Assembly (NCBI GenBank): GCA_030264375.1
Contig: JASCQW010000072.1
Location: 81,463,823-81,527,822, forward strand
Reading direction: 5' to 3'
Length of the DNA stretch: 64,000 nt
Origin: Carcharhinus longimanus
Lineage: Eukaryota
Position numbers and translations under genes: made by a program. Below the pieces are notes generated by a model. The model ran no database searches. It was not told the DNA's origin and saw only the letters and a program-made list of their open reading frames with translations. Numbering within the stretch: the stretch's first letter is position 1; each line of letters begins with the position of its first letter. Shown in pieces: positions 1 through 13,398 of this stretch.

Positions 1-479
1 GGAACGCATGTCCCAGAAAACAAAGATTGTGGAAGTTAGAGACCGCAGAATCATCAGAGGGAATCTTGCCACTGGGAGACCATTCAATTATGCATTAAAG
101 GTTAAGTGAAGAGGACTTTGTTTGAAAGGATACTGGAATATACACCTTGGTGAAATAGGGAGAAGTGATCCTACTAATGCCAAGAGGAGTTAGACTTTAA
201 ACTTAAGATGACATTTCTAAGGAGACTACATGATTTACAAAAATGGCATAGGGTTTCTGATTTGTGTTAAGTAGTTACCAAAGGATACCTTTTCTGCAGA
301 TTAATGTATTAGTACCTTATTAAGTAATGTTTAGTCAATGTTAATTTTGGTTTAAGTATTAAAATGTGTGAAGCTTGAAGTTGGTCATAACTCTTTATTT
401 GTTACAATGGAGATTGTAATAGACACTAGGCTTAAACTAAGGCAGAAATTGGAGCTAAATATATGACATTGTCAGGAGG

Positions 480-985
480 AATGGAATAGAAAAGAACAAT
501 GGACTGGCTGCTGAAATTTTTACCAAACTTGTATTGGGATGTCAGAAGAGAGTGTAAATATGAATATAGTTAATTTGGGGAAAAGGAAGAAGGAATTATT
601 TTTATAGACTAACCAACAGTGAGAAGGAGATAGAAAATAATCAAGATAATGGATGACTTTAATTATTTGAAGGGCTTCAATGAGGAACCTCAGGATCTCT
701 CTGGATGAATGAATTAAATTGACTTAAGACTCTCTTACTCCGCAATTATCTAGTAATCTTGTGAAAATAGGCAAGAGGAGTGAGTTGAGCATCTGCTGGG
801 AAAACTGTAGAAAAGGAAGCAGCAGGAAAAAAACTGTTGGCACGCAAAGACAAAAGGGAATCAGTTTTGTAAAGGCATATGTCCCAGGAAGTAAAGGAGG
901 AAAAAGTAGAATAACTAAAAGTTTTAAACATCTTTGGCTATGGAACTTCCAGATAGCTGGAAGATTGCCAATATAGCATAGCTCT
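480..985 (+). mobile_element. Heavily decayed, internally deleted CR1 LINE ORF2 remnant
   Basis: Translated pieces FYRLTNSEKEIE and IMDDFNY resemble the CR1 endonuclease motifs YRPPNS and MGDFN. LPDSWKIANIA near 950-980 resembles the start of the CR1 RT region (PxDWxxANV). Confidence 0.5.
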
Positions 986-1499
986 AGCTATTCAATCTAA
1001 TCAATTACTGTCAGGCAAACTAGATAGAGGTAACACAAGAGCCTGCCACATTAAAATTTGATTTCTGTAATTATTATCTGAGCAAAGTTACACAAATAAA
1101 CTGCAGATTAGAAGGAACAAGGTTTTGTACATATTTGGAAAAACAAGGACTGGCTTGAGGTGTTATGATTCTCAAATGCATTTTTTAATAGACTGTAATG
1201 GTGTTAATGAATTAATAACAGATCTAGTTAATTAAATTTTAGTTTTCTTGTGCTGACATGCTGTTACTTGATCAGAATACCATAGAAGAAAAGAGCCTTA
1301 TTGACCTTAGCAACTGGCAACTGTTCTCTCTCCATCTCGAGTTCCCTCTGGGCCTGTCAGACCAGGCAACTGATTACCAAATCATTATCAATACTGTTAT
1401 TCATCCAGTTCTTAAATGACCAGAGCCACTTGTTCGATGAACCACACTTTGGTTTCAATCATGCAACAAGTATCCAACAAGGAACTACTGGAATAGGGA

Positions 1500-1600
1500 T
1501 AAAAGCAAATTGCTAAGGATGCTGAAATCTGGGAAGTCTCAGCAGATCTGACAGCATCTGTGGAGAGAGATTAGAGCTAATCTTTTGAGTTTGGGTGATG
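1500..1600 (+). repeat. Shark interspersed repeat (CAGCAGGTCTGGCAGCATCTGTGGAGAGA family, probably Penelope-related)
   Basis: Same motif recurs at about 4825-4925 (-), 17640-17710 (-), 60700-60800 (+) and 61070-61185. Confidence 0.5.
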
Positions 1601-2130
1601 AGGCGTTGCTGCTTGGAAACTGCAGAGAGAAGTGGCCTCTTCTCTCTCTGAAGTCTGGAGACTGGGATCTGCCAGAGGCTGTGTTTATTTCTCCAAAGTT
1701 GTACTGCTTGATATATCTTTCTCCGCTGTATGAGAGTTAGAAGGCAGGTGTCTGTCTGGATCTCTGTCCAAAGGTGTTAAAAGGCTGGAAATCTAGCATC
1801 CATATCAGCATATTGGTTTTTCCTGCTAACTAATTCTGAGGAAGGGATTTATATCTATGGGATACTACTTACAATTGGAATTATAGTGATATTTAGTTGT
1901 TAAGAATTATACTTTCAAATTGTTCAAGTATTTTAGTAAATGTTAATTATTGTTGTTATATTCTAACTGGTATTCTTAAATATGGTTTGTTTTGATAAAA
2001 GGTTCCTAGTGGATCACTTGAATCATACCTGGAGCGAAACATCTTATACACACCCTAACGCCAAAAGTAAAAGTTGGGGTCTAAGCTAACTTCATAATAT
2101 ACATTGGAGTTTCTAACCTGGTCTTGAACA
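1600..2130 (+). mobile_element. 3' part of an LTR-like sequence
   Basis: Ends in ...GAACA. 1960-2010 (TAACTGGTATTCTTAAATATGGTTTGTTTTGATAAAAGGTTCCTAG) matches the reverse complement of about 21913-21960, an LTR-like copy whose other end reads TGTGACA. Confidence 0.45.
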
Positions 2131-2899
2131 GTGATGAACATGCACCTAACATCAAGGGGATGATTCTCTGACCCTGTTGCACGATGAGTAAATTGCACCA
2201 GTCCCAGAGGATAACGTACGGACCTAAAAATTTGTTTCGCACCCAGCAAATGACTTCCTAATGGCATGAACTGGATCACACCCAGAAAGGGCACGAGTCC
2301 AATTGGCACTTAAATATGTTAATCCCCACTCAAATCCCAGTGCATGGAATTCACCAGCCTCCAGGTTCAGCACGATAACGGTAGGAATCACTTTGGTTTC
2401 TACTAGTGGAGACCTGGCATGATGGTCCACCTGGCACACTGGCATTGCCCAACTATTACACCAGCAATGCATAGCACTGGCCACCAGATAGCCTGGAGGT
2501 GCCAGGTGGGCAATGCCAAAAGGTGGGGCCTGAGTTGCGGCCATAATGGGAGACAAGGTGAGAGTCATGAAGGCAGTCTTGATGGGCTGGAGGGAGGAGC
2601 TTCTTTAGTGGAAGATCAGAAATGGATGCGTTCAAAATCTAGATCAGGGTCAATGCAAGACTATGTGAACCTCCCCTATTCTATTAACAATCTACCAACA
2701 GTGGCTATTCACTTCAAATATCAACTGCCTCCTGGTGTTAGTTTTAAATACTGCCCAGATGGAAAGTTTTTAACCTCAGTCACCCCATGCAAAAACTAAA
2801 CTGACTGCCATAGATATACATAATCTACAGTTTGTGGATGGCTGGTGCTGCTGCCCACTTTGCACCCCATCTACAAACCACTCAACTCTTCAATTTTGC

Positions 2900-3500
2900 A
2901 CACAGAAACTCTGTCTCTACCCTTGAATGTCACAAAAACAACACTCTAACCCATGCCTGGTCAGCCAAATATTGTGTCTCCCATATATGTTAAAGGAGAG
3001 ACTCTGGTATATGTTGAATACTTCCCATCAGATGTGACCACTGATAAGGTAATCCAACAGTGAATCAGCTGCACCAACTCAGCCTGCTACAAAACACAGC
3101 AGCGAGTGTTTGACAACAAAGACCCTGGCAAATCTACAAGGGTGCTAGGAAACAAGAACAGTTGTTGCCACACTTCTCTACTGCAGTGAGACACAGGATG
3201 TGCAGCAGCAGCATACATGAGGGTGAAAGAAATCCATCAGCAATGTCTCTACTGCATCCTCTGGATTTAATGGGAGGGCCATCAAACAAAAGTAGATGTC
3301 CTTCTTGAAGCCAGCTCCACAAGTACTCTAGCAAAGCTCCTCCATTATTAACTTTGAGGGACTGGCCACTGTGTCTGGATGGAAGGTCTCCCACCCAGTC
3401 AGGTCTTTTCTTCTCAACCCACAGGTGGCCAGCCATCCAGGGAAGAACAAAAAAAAGTCAAAGATACACAAAAGACTGCTTGCTGCAATTATTCAAATTA
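2900..3500 (+). mobile_element. Decayed RTE-clade LINE fragment (RT C-terminal region)
   Basis: RVFDNKDPGKSTR followed, after a frameshift, by VVATLLYCSET matches the RTE pattern RVFxxxxLxxxTK...xLLYGxETW. Confidence 0.6.
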
Positions 3501-4824
3501 GCAAAAACTTATCCATTAAACTGAGGTCCCAATGCCTTAATGATGAGACAAAGCAATAGCAGAGAAGGAAAGAAAGGGAAGCAAATCCTGTACTCTGGAC
3601 ACTATTATCTCATGGCCCTTTTGTGCTTAAAGATCCGGGAATTGAAAATCATCCGGTTCAGTCACAAGAAGTAGATCTATAAACAGAAATTCATGACCTT
3701 GCCTAGACACAATTCTCGAATCGAGGGACAAGATGACAACTTGTGTAAAAAGAGTGGCAGAAGAGTTTGTCAAAGTTCTACATGATCTTTCATCTTCCCA
3801 CTACTCCCCACAAAACCTGCCTCCCAGGATTGGCAATATTATAGTGCTTATGGGACAAAGATGAGGGATCGAGAAACAACTCCTAACAGTTCTAAATTAA
3901 TTTATGCAACTAGAGAGACTAATAATTAGTGTCAGGCCAGCTGCAAGATCCAGCTAATGCATGCTGCTTTCATTCAATCTCCATCATACTGAAAGACATT
4001 TCCTTCATTTGGGTGATGAAGGTGTTGTGGACAACAAAGACTAATTAGTGATGTGTCTGTCTCGCATTCGACAGAGGAGTTTCAAGGACGGTATTCCAAG
4101 AGTGTGCCTTCAACTTTTCAATCAGCAGCTTTGAAACTGCTGTGAACTACAACTTGGTTCAGAAGAAGAGAGTTGAATTCTGCATGTGCAAAGTTTTAAA
4201 AACAACCTTAAACTGCTATAATTTTGTTGAAAGCCACAGACAATACTGCAGCTTTTAATCTGTCATTTTGTTTCTCCTGTTTGCTTTCCCATTTTTCCTG
4301 AGGGTGCGAGTTGTGTTAAGGGATGGTTCTATGACGGCGATCTTTCAGTACTTCACTTTCCTACATAAATGAATACATACATAAATGAAGGAATGCATGC
4401 AAGTTGAATGTAAATTTTGTCTAATTACGGAAGCTGCTAATAATTAGGGCAAATGATTTGCAACAGCATGATATCCTGCAAATGACCTTCTTTCACCTGT
4501 AACTCTATCACTTTCATTCCAGTGATTTGAGTGACTGGAATCAGAGCAATTTGCACAGCATTTTGTAGGACAGGCTGGACGGACTCACGTATCTTTTCCT
4601 GCCTTTCTTTTTTTTGCTTGCAAGCATGTTCACTTAAACAGTTAGCAGCTTGAACTGGAGAATAGGAGTAAAGTATAAATATTGTATGTGACATAGGAAA
4701 ATATATTTATATTGATCTTTTTCCTGACATCACTGCCAAGAGGCCCACTTGTTTGTTCAATTCTGCTGGGGTAAAGACATACAAGCCCTTTGGAATACTG
4801 AAGAATCATATTGGACTCAAAACA

Positions 4825-4925
4825 TTTACTCTTTTTCTCCCTCGACAGATGCTGCCAGACCTGCTGAGTTTTCCAGCATTTTCTGTTTTTATTTCAGATT
4901 TCTAGCACCTGTAGTATTTTACCTT
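4825..4925 (-). repeat. Second copy of the CAGCAGGTCTGGCAGCATCTG shark repeat
   Basis: ACAGATGCTGCCAGACCTGCTGAGTTTTCCAGCATTTTCTGTTTT is the reverse complement of the family seen at 1500 and 60700. Confidence 0.55.
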
Positions 4926-5539
4926 GAATCTAGACTAGAAATGTTTTTCCTAAGATATTTCAACAAGATACTTAGCGATGGTGGCAAGTGTGCTTGCAGT
5001 TGCATAGATATTGAGTATTGAGCTGGCTTTTTGGATAATTAGCTTCTGAAGTATGTGACATTAAAATACTCCTAGCAATTCTCAGTAGATATTTTTTCCT
5101 CCCAAAGACATTATCCTGTACTGCCAACAAGAAACTGTATTTGCATTCTGTACATGCATTTCCACAGGCTTCAAACATCAATTTGGCCGTTTTAATTATC
5201 TTTGGCTCATTTTATTTCTCCTTTTTGTCTACCTTTATGTCATGAAGGTGGTGATTCTGACTGGAGACCAGTTTACAGGTGTTGATTCTGAGCAATCTCT
5301 CTTTATGCACAGTATGGACAGTAAGTATCAGCATACCATTTCAACATGGGTTTACACATTTGAACTAAATCCTATCACTGACTATNNNNNNNNNNACTGA
5401 CTATCTCCACAATATGGACCTTCTATTTGATATTGAATATGGATGCCATGGTTAACTCTTTCTAAACTATGATCATATCTTAATTGTAGACTCATGTAAT
5501 ATTGCCATGCCAGATTCTATATCTGTAGAGAACTGATGA

Positions 5540-5830
5540 AAAGAAACACTGTATTTACATAGTACCTCATGTCTCAGAAGCTCTTCAATGCTTCATAACA
5601 CTAAAGCAATTTGACATGCATCGATCATTGCTATGAAAGCAATTCTGCTACAGTAATATATTATGGACAGCAATGAAATGAATGAGCTGTCTGTTTCTTT
5701 GAAGAGTCTTTGCTAGGATATCAGAAAAATAGTGCAATAAAAATATTCAATCTCTAGTGAACCAACAGAAGGTCTGAATTTTGACACCTCCAAGAATACG
5801 TCCTCAGTACCGCTGTCAGTCTTGGCTTAA
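5540..5830 (-). mobile_element. Old DeuSINE/SacSINE-type SINE
   Basis: Degenerate reverse complement of the SINE copies at 5845 and 58245. Confidence 0.45.
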
Positions 5831-5844
5831 TGACAGCAATCTTA

Positions 5845-6230
5845 AAAGGCTGTGGATTCAAGTTCCGTTCAAGATGCTTGAACACAAAACCTTGACTGAT
5901 ACCTCACTGCAGTCTTAAGGGAGTGCTACACTTTTCGAGATACCATCTTTCAGAGGAGATGTTAAAGCCCACCTGCCTTCTTCATTACATGTTTTAAAAA
6001 AAATCCATGGTAACTTTTGAACAAATGTGAGGAATATTTCCAAGGGATCTGGCCAACTTTTACCCATCAGTCTACCGCATTTTAAATCAATACTCTGGTT
6101 ATCGTCTCCCTACTGTCTGTGGGACCTTGTGTGAGATTTGGCAGCCTCATTTGCTATAATAGTAACTAATCTTTAAGTGCTTAATGGCTGTAATGAGAAA
6201 TCCCAATGTCTATATAAATGCAAGTTTTTA
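5845..6230 (+). mobile_element. DeuSINE/SacSINE-type SINE
   Basis: B-box-like GGATTCAAGTTCC, Deu-like core (GGGAGTGCTACACT...TCTTTCAGAGGAGATGTTAAA) and L2-type tail CTATATAAATGCAAGT. Confidence 0.7.
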
Positions 6231-6866
6231 TTTATAATTATAGTTCTACATTTATGTGCTAAAATCTTCGACTTAAGATATAACCTTCTAACTCCAAAAC
6301 AAAAGTGGTATTAGATAAGCTCAAATTGAGTGATTAATGTGTACATATTTTCTGCTCAATCTAGCAGAGAACTTTTGCATGCAGATACTAGTATCAGCAT
6401 GAAATTTTAATACATTATGATTAGTAGCCCACTAGAGCAATACCCAAACAGAAAGATTGTAAGATGTACAAAAAAGGGAGGAGTGAGCGCAGTATGCTGA
6501 CCTTCTCCTAGCCAACTGCTAAAGTTATCACTTGGCTTTAATGGAAATATACAAAATGAACCAGGAAGATTCTTCCTCCAGGGTGAAGAAACACTGTCAA
6601 CCTTAGTCACAATTTAGAAGTGATCATGTCAGTAAATTCAGGACAGAATTGGATAGTTGACAAGAGAAGCAATTTGAGAAAAGATCTAAAGTGGTATTAG
6701 GCCCGTAATAGTTTCTACAATATCTGTACATTTTTACGTTTCACACAACTGCAAATCCATTATCCATGTCCTACAATTACACAATTTAGTATATTGGATC
6801 CACCATGTACCACTGCTAATTATTTACTGTATTTGTACTGAGATCAGCAAGATCATCATTCTAAGA

Positions 6867-6959
6867 TCAAGGTTGGTTGGTTAGGTTGGTTAGGGCAAGA
6901 TTAGGGCCAGTTATAGACAGCAGAGGGAAGTTATGTGTGGAACCGGAAGAGATTGGAGA
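6867..6959 (+). mobile_element. Young CR1 LINE ORF2 fragment running into an N gap
   Basis: VRARLGPVIDSRGKLCVEPEEIG is nearly identical to the minus-strand copy at 21838-21900. Confidence 0.75.
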
Positions 6960-8418
6960 NNNNNNNNNNNNNNNNNNNNNNNNNNNNNNNNNNNNNNNNN
7001 NNNNNNNNNNNNNNNNNNNNNNNNNNNNNNNNNNNNNNNNNNNNNNNNNNNNNNNNNNNNNNNNNNNNNNNNNNNNNNNNNNNNNNNNNNNNNNNNNNNN
7101 NNNNNNNNNNNNNNNNNNNNNNNNNGAAGAGAACTGGATAAAAAAGGCACTTTTAAAATTGAATCTGAATTCATTGTGTTGCAATGTGTGACAATTGTCT
7201 CACATCAAGGGAAATATAAAATGGATTGAGAACAGGATGTGGCTGTAAATTATCCTTGGAAAGAAAGTGGTCTGGTGTGTAATTTACCCAATTTGAGTCC
7301 AATAAGATAGTATCCAAATTCAAAGCTCTAGAGAACACCTTGGATATCTGCCAAAAGTATACACCACACATCTACACATATTGAATGGAAAAGACAGCTA
7401 AATGTGCCGGATTTCTCTCCATAGAACTTATAACAGAAATAAGCATCGAAAGCAAGCAGTGCAGCGATCCTTGCAAGATTGTTAGCAAATGAGAAATTCA
7501 GTGCTTGTTACAAGATTACTTACTGATAAATTCAATGAGAATTAGCAGCATTTTTCAACAGGGTTGATTTTTTTTGTTTCACTGGCACAATGCTGTAATT
7601 ATTGAACATGTAAACAAATATGTGTAAGAGATCTTGAGGGATGATTTAAAAGGTTAACATAAAAATACATGATGCTGATATAATAATGACAGATCACATG
7701 GCTGAATATTGAGACAGATCTGGAAGAGGCCTGGTACAAAGATCCAAATATGTAAAATAATTGCAGTAAATAAATAGTTCTGGTTAAAAAAAAACATGGA
7801 CTCAAGTAGCATACTTTTGGGAGACTAAACAATTTTCTAAACCCCTACCACATAAAAAAATTGGTAGCTTGCAAACTGGACTAAGTGCACGATTCAGGAT
7901 CTGAAGAGCTTTCTACGAAAAGGTAACTTTTAAATAATGTATTTCCGTCAGTTCACCTGCAATTCCATTATTGGCATGATGTTTCTGTTGCCAGAATTAA
8001 TAAGGGATTTCCAGCAGTGATATCACTATCAACCTTCATGTGGCACTGTCTTTCAGAAGCTTTTGAGGGCGTAGAGGCCTCCAATACAGTAAAGTTTGAA
8101 AACATCCACTTTCAAACTTTTTCATGTTGGAGGATCATCCCCATATTGATTAGTTTATGGAGAATACCAAGGATGTTGATAAGACAATAAAATATTTCAG
8201 AAGACATTATAAACCACAGTGGTGAAAGTCAAGTAATTTACAACCTCATGAGCCCTGATATTAAGTTAGTATTGAATGTCTACACAAGCAACATCAATAA
8301 AATGTAGCTACAAACACACAGGGGTAATTTTATCACAACTTGAACTTCTTTCTGCCAACAGAAACTGGTATTATGGAAGTGGTCAATAAACTACTTCCCG
8401 GTTAAGGAATAAAGGCTA

Positions 8419-9330
8419 TGGCCCAGATTTTAGCTGCTAGGGTGAATATGCAGACACAGGAGAATTCCCAGCTCAGTGAACCTGGGCCTTTAAAAATGGC
8501 AGCCTGGACTTTAGAGTTTCAACTTGGGGGCAGGCCTGGATTGGAAGATGAATCAGGCCATCCAGGCCTTCCAAGCCAATTTACGCCCCTCCACCCACTC
8601 CATGGCCCCTTACACTGCCATGCCAATCCATGCCCCCATCCTATGCCTTCACATTTGCCATGGCAAGTTACCCAATATCCACCATGGACAGACCTCCAGA
8701 CCCATGCAGTAATGAGATAAAATACATTTCTAAATAGTCTACTGCAGGCTTTACTATATTAAAGAAAGAAAGTTTTTTTTATAAATTTACTATATATAAA
8801 AAAAACTATTTACTACATTTACATTCCTTCAAATAAATGAAGCTTTATACCATCAAACACTTGATTCAAATGCACAGTCCTTGATAATATTGAAATTCAT
8901 AATCCCATATCAAAGGGTCTATAACACATTAGACTGTCAATCAAACTGAGAAACAGGAGGCATTCTACTATGATAATAGATAATTGTGAAATCAGTCTAA
9001 TCCACTAATGGGTGTTCTCAGGCTTATATCAATGGACAGAGTGAAATAGCAAGCAAAAACTCCAGACACTTTTTTCAACAAGTTAAAGGGCTGGATTTTT
9101 GAATGCCTTGACAGATGCTTCTGATAGTGTTGACAATTCATTTTGTCAGGTTGATTGACAGTTCCAATGATCTTGACTGAAATGAATTATGCACTCTTTG
9201 TGCACATTTATGCTTATTTTTAACAATTCCAAAGAACATCTGACATCCATCAATGTCATCCCACTTTCTTCAAGGGTCTCCCAGGACCAGATCCAAAGCA
9301 GTACTTGGTCTCTTCAAAGGTCAATCCAAA
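8419..9330. repeat. Probable non-autonomous DNA transposon (Harbinger-like end TGGCCCAGATTTT)
   Basis: Begins with the same terminal motif as other TIR elements in the window and has a C-rich CCATGCC/CCATGGC interior. The right end is not defined. Confidence 0.3.
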
Positions 9331-10387
9331 CAAATCACACAAGTTCAAATTTGCTCTTACCTGGTCTAACCTGTACAACTTGTGTTTCACCCTCATGACC
9401 TATAAGAATCTCACTTCAGTAGGAGCTCCTCCGTAAACCACATGCAAAACATACCCCATCCTCTGTCAAAATGTGAAGGGCCACATTCAGGGTTGGAACT
9501 TGGGCATTGCCGCTGTTTTTGCCATGACATAGTTTTTCACTATGATCACTTTTTTTTCAAGATATATACAAAGTATATAAATATAATTTTCTATTGTTGG
9601 TCAATGAAATATGGCATATTGCTTCTTGCTTGGTTACATCTGCAACTGCTGTGTGTAATTTTGCAGACAACAGCAAAACGTTGCAGAGGTTAGATCGATT
9701 ATTTCTTGCTTTCTGCTCAAATGTGTTTATTTTGTCTGTTTATGTATTTCACTAAAGCATTTTCATTACTTCGACAGCAGATTGAAAGGGCAACAATCCA
9801 ATAAAACTTTTTAAGCAATATTGTCAAATATTTGAGCATTACAGTAATATTTATTATTGCCGTATGACTGGTTGCAAGAAAATTATGTCTTGCTTTTTCA
9901 TCACCAGGAACTTCATAAATCAATGCAGCCTTAAATGAAATCTTTGTACACCCATTACTAGTAGTAAAAAGTTGCGTCTAGAATGCACTTTGTCCATCAA
10001 ATCACAATTTATTTTGGCCATTATTAATTTATTTTTTGTTTGCATTGCTAACCGATAATAACTATCAGCAAGAATAACAAAGATATTAAAAATGCTTTAT
10101 TCTAACAAAGTTTTTCACTTTTTTTGGGTCTGTTATGTGAGAACATGAAAAATATACTATAGTTTCATGAACATTTTGTGCCATAATTACGCACTTTAAT
10201 TCAATAATCAACCCAAACATGAACATTCTACTGCTTTATCAAAGATTTCTTTGAAAAGATGCAATCACCTAATGGAATGGTGCCTGTGCACTCTGCATAA
10301 TAAGTGGTCAAACCGTAAAGAACTTAAGAACACCAAATATTAATAAAAATAAATACCATTGAAATGAGAATGCAACATTCTACGATC

Positions 10388-10660
10388 ATAAGACATTGGA
10401 GCAGAATTAGGCCACTCGGCCCATCGAGTCTGCTCCGCCATTCAAGCATGGCTGATATTTTTCTCATCTCCACTCTCCTGCCTTTTCCCCATATTCCCTT
10501 CTTAATCAAGAACCTATCTATTTCTGTCTTAAAGACACTCAATGACCTGGCCTTCACAGCCTTCTGCAGTAAAGAGTTCCACAGATTCACCACCCTCTGG
10601 CTGAAGAAATTCCTCTTCATCTCTGTTTTAAAGGATCGTTCCTTTAGCCTGAGGTTGTAA
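10388..10660 (-). mobile_element. CR1 LINE 3' end
   Basis: ORF2 C-terminus RNFFSQRVVNLWNSLLQKAVKARSLSVFKTEIDRFL plus 3' UTR and CATAAGA tail. Confidence 0.9.
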
Positions 10661-11104
10661 GAAATAAGATCAGCAGTGGGTTAAGGAAAGCTAAAAGAGT
10701 GGATGAGAAATAAAATTCCATCAAGTATCAGAAGCAGTATGGCATTTCGGTAAAATCAAACTGGGATCATGAAAGCAGAGAATTGCCTATTTATAGATTC
10801 TCAAGCACTTGAATGTGAAATGATCAATGTGTCAGATAAAATAAATTTTAGACAAAGAAAGGAAAATTCAAAGCTGGAACAGGATATATTGTAGGATTTG
10901 AAGGGAGCTGAGGGAAGGAGTTGCTAAAGGCCTAGAAATTATGTCCGGGGTTTCATTATGTCTGTGCGCCCACCTGTGTGTTTTTCAAATAACTGGAAGT
11001 TCAAAAATTTAATCTCCATTCTCAAAATGGAACTTCTTATGGACTACCTTCCAAACCCACAAGGAGGACAAGGGGGGACATCTTGAAGGATAAGGACAGC
11101 AGAC

Positions 11105-11262
11105 ACAGTTCCCCTGAAAGTCACTCATCTTCCTGACTTGGAAATATATCGCCATCCTTTCACTGTCTCTGGGTCAAAATGCTGGCGCTCCCTTCCTAAC
11201 AGCAGAGTAGGTGTACTGAAACTGCATGGACTGTAGCTGTTCAGAAGGCAATTCACTACTAT
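11105..11262 (+). mobile_element. 3' fragment of a second CR1-clade LINE family
   Basis: CTGACTTGGAAATATATCGCC...CTGGGTCAAAAT..TGG..CTCCCTTCCTAACAGC recurs at 32020-32325 (-) and 52645-52850 (+). Confidence 0.7.
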
Positions 11263-12020
11263 CTAACTCAAAAATTTGAGCAACAGGTGAAACTTGCCAT
11301 TTCACGCTGCTACTAGGCAGTGGCAACACAATTGGTGTTTTCCATTAAGACGATGCTGTCATCAAGCCAAAAAGACATTCTGTCTGCCACATAAGTTAAT
11401 ACTGTAGTATATGAATAGCAGTTCCAGTGTAGTTAGGTACATATGTCACAAAGCCTGGTGAATTGTATCAAACTGATTTTCCAAAAAATAAATCAGCATC
11501 CAATGTTGGAAAACGGGAATTCACTAAAGGATTTAAATGAAGATACGAATGAGGCTGTTTACCCAAAAAAATTGGCTCGGGAGAATCATGAACTGCCAGC
11601 CACAGGTGGAAATTAGATTTTTAGCCTCTCGCTTACATTTTCCACCCTGCTATGCCACTTGACCCGCATGATGGGGTGGGAAAATCGCGCCCAATGTCTA
11701 ATGTTATGAATGATTCCGAATTGGGCAGCATTTGCTGAATAATCCCCTGAGTGTTGCAAGAATACGCCAACAACTTTTGTAGATCATCAGTCAGGCTTGA
11801 TACGTAGTTCACTAACTCATGCTTGCCCCCTGCAGACAGAAGAACTATGTCTGGACATTGCACTTTTCTTGAAAAAACAAAAACATCAGAGCCAATGTAC
11901 CAAACAATTAGCACACCTTTTTTCATACACTATAAATGTTGTTCATGTTAAAATTTGACATTCTTGTGCCTATGAATGCAAGATGAAATGCTTTGAGTGC
12001 ATGTCTCATTTTTCAGCAAT
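11263..12020 (+). mobile_element. Decayed Penelope-like element (GIY-YIG region and terminal repeat), interrupted
   Basis: SQKFEQQVKLAISRCY...SQKDILSAT*VNTVVYE resembles the family at 30150-30500. The degenerate hammerhead-type end TATGAATGCAAGATGAAATGCTTTGA lies at about 11970-11996. Confidence 0.65.
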
Positions 12021-12640
12021 CCAAAAGAAATATCAATATTGTGCGAAATGGACAAAAACATAGCAAATTGAATTCACCAACATTAAGCCTGAGGTCATAC
12101 ACTGGATGAAAGTAGTTTCAATATTCTTAAACAGCAGAATTTAGGCATTGATTCGTAGGATATTAAAGGCGCTACTTCAGGTTGATAAAGTTGTTAAAAA
12201 TAATTGTCAAAGACTTGTGCTTAATTTAGAAAAAAATGTTGAGGTAGCACATTATCAAAATCTGATAATTACAAGTACAGAACATTTGGATGCCATATTA
12301 ATAGCAAGTGACTTATTTGCACTCTGCAGCTAAATAAAACAGCTGCTGAATAAAATCAAACACAGGAACTTGGATCAATTTCACCCCCCTACCCCCTCAC
12401 CAGTGTTAGAGACTACCTTGTCCTGGTTTGCTTGAATTTTTAAAAAATATTCATTCGTGGAATGTACGTCACTGGCTAGGCCAGCATTTCATTGCCTAAT
12501 CTTGAAGACTGGCATTTGTGATGCTGGGAACTTCCAGAACAGGCCGAGATGGATCATCAACTCGGCACTTTTGGCTGGAGATTGGTTCTGGTAAAGGCTG
12601 GAAACGAAGTCTGGATATCTCAATCATTAATGATACTCTG

Positions 12641-13398
12641 TGGCCAGAATTCTCCCATCTGGGGACTAAGTACCATGGCAGGGTCAGGAACGTGGAATGT
12701 TTCCCGCTCTGGAGGCTGACAGGAAAACACACCAAATCTTTCACCCCTGACTCCACTAATTATGCAATTGGGTGTTTTGTGCCATATTTCATGGAGAGGC
12801 AGACCTCATGACACATGATTCACTGTTCCATTTGTGTGCCATATTAAAAAGATGTCCAATATCATTGATGCCGATTGAAGAAAGATGGCGGACCTCTTGA
12901 AAATAGATCTCAGAGCACTCTGAAAACAGATGGACCTCCTGAGAAAGAAGATGGATCTCCAGGAACAGGGGCTGGAAAATGGACCCTGTCCAGGATGCTG
13001 AATCAGAAAATTCCACCCATCCACTGCTGTGGTGTTCCAGGGTCACTGCGGGACTCCCTCCTGAACTCCAGTGGAGCCCCATGCATTGTTCAGGTGAGTC
13101 CTGTCATCTGCATGCCACGTTGCTACAAACATGTTTCATACTGGCATGTTTTCCGATTGGCACCAGGGAGAATCATGCTTGGGTGGTCAGGCTTCATCTG
13201 CATCCCATGAGCAGGGTACAAATGAGGTTCATACCAGTATCCACTGGGTTTCCCAATCCACCATGGCAGGCACCGGTAAAAAATTCTGTAAAGTCATATC
13301 GGCACAAAACCAATTTTTGGGCCACGTGCCAAANNNNNNCCCCTCCCCCCCCCGCCACCCCATAAGCCAATCGACTGGGGCTTGGGAGAATTCGGCCC
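12641..13398. mobile_element. Non-autonomous TIR element (PIF/Harbinger-like)
   Basis: Left end TGGCCAGAATTCTCCCA and right end TGGGAGAATTCGGCCC are inverted repeats around a GC-rich interior. Confidence 0.7.

Noticed and set aside
5377-5404. ACTGACTAT on both sides of a 10-N gap
   Set aside because: Gap-edge duplication artefact.
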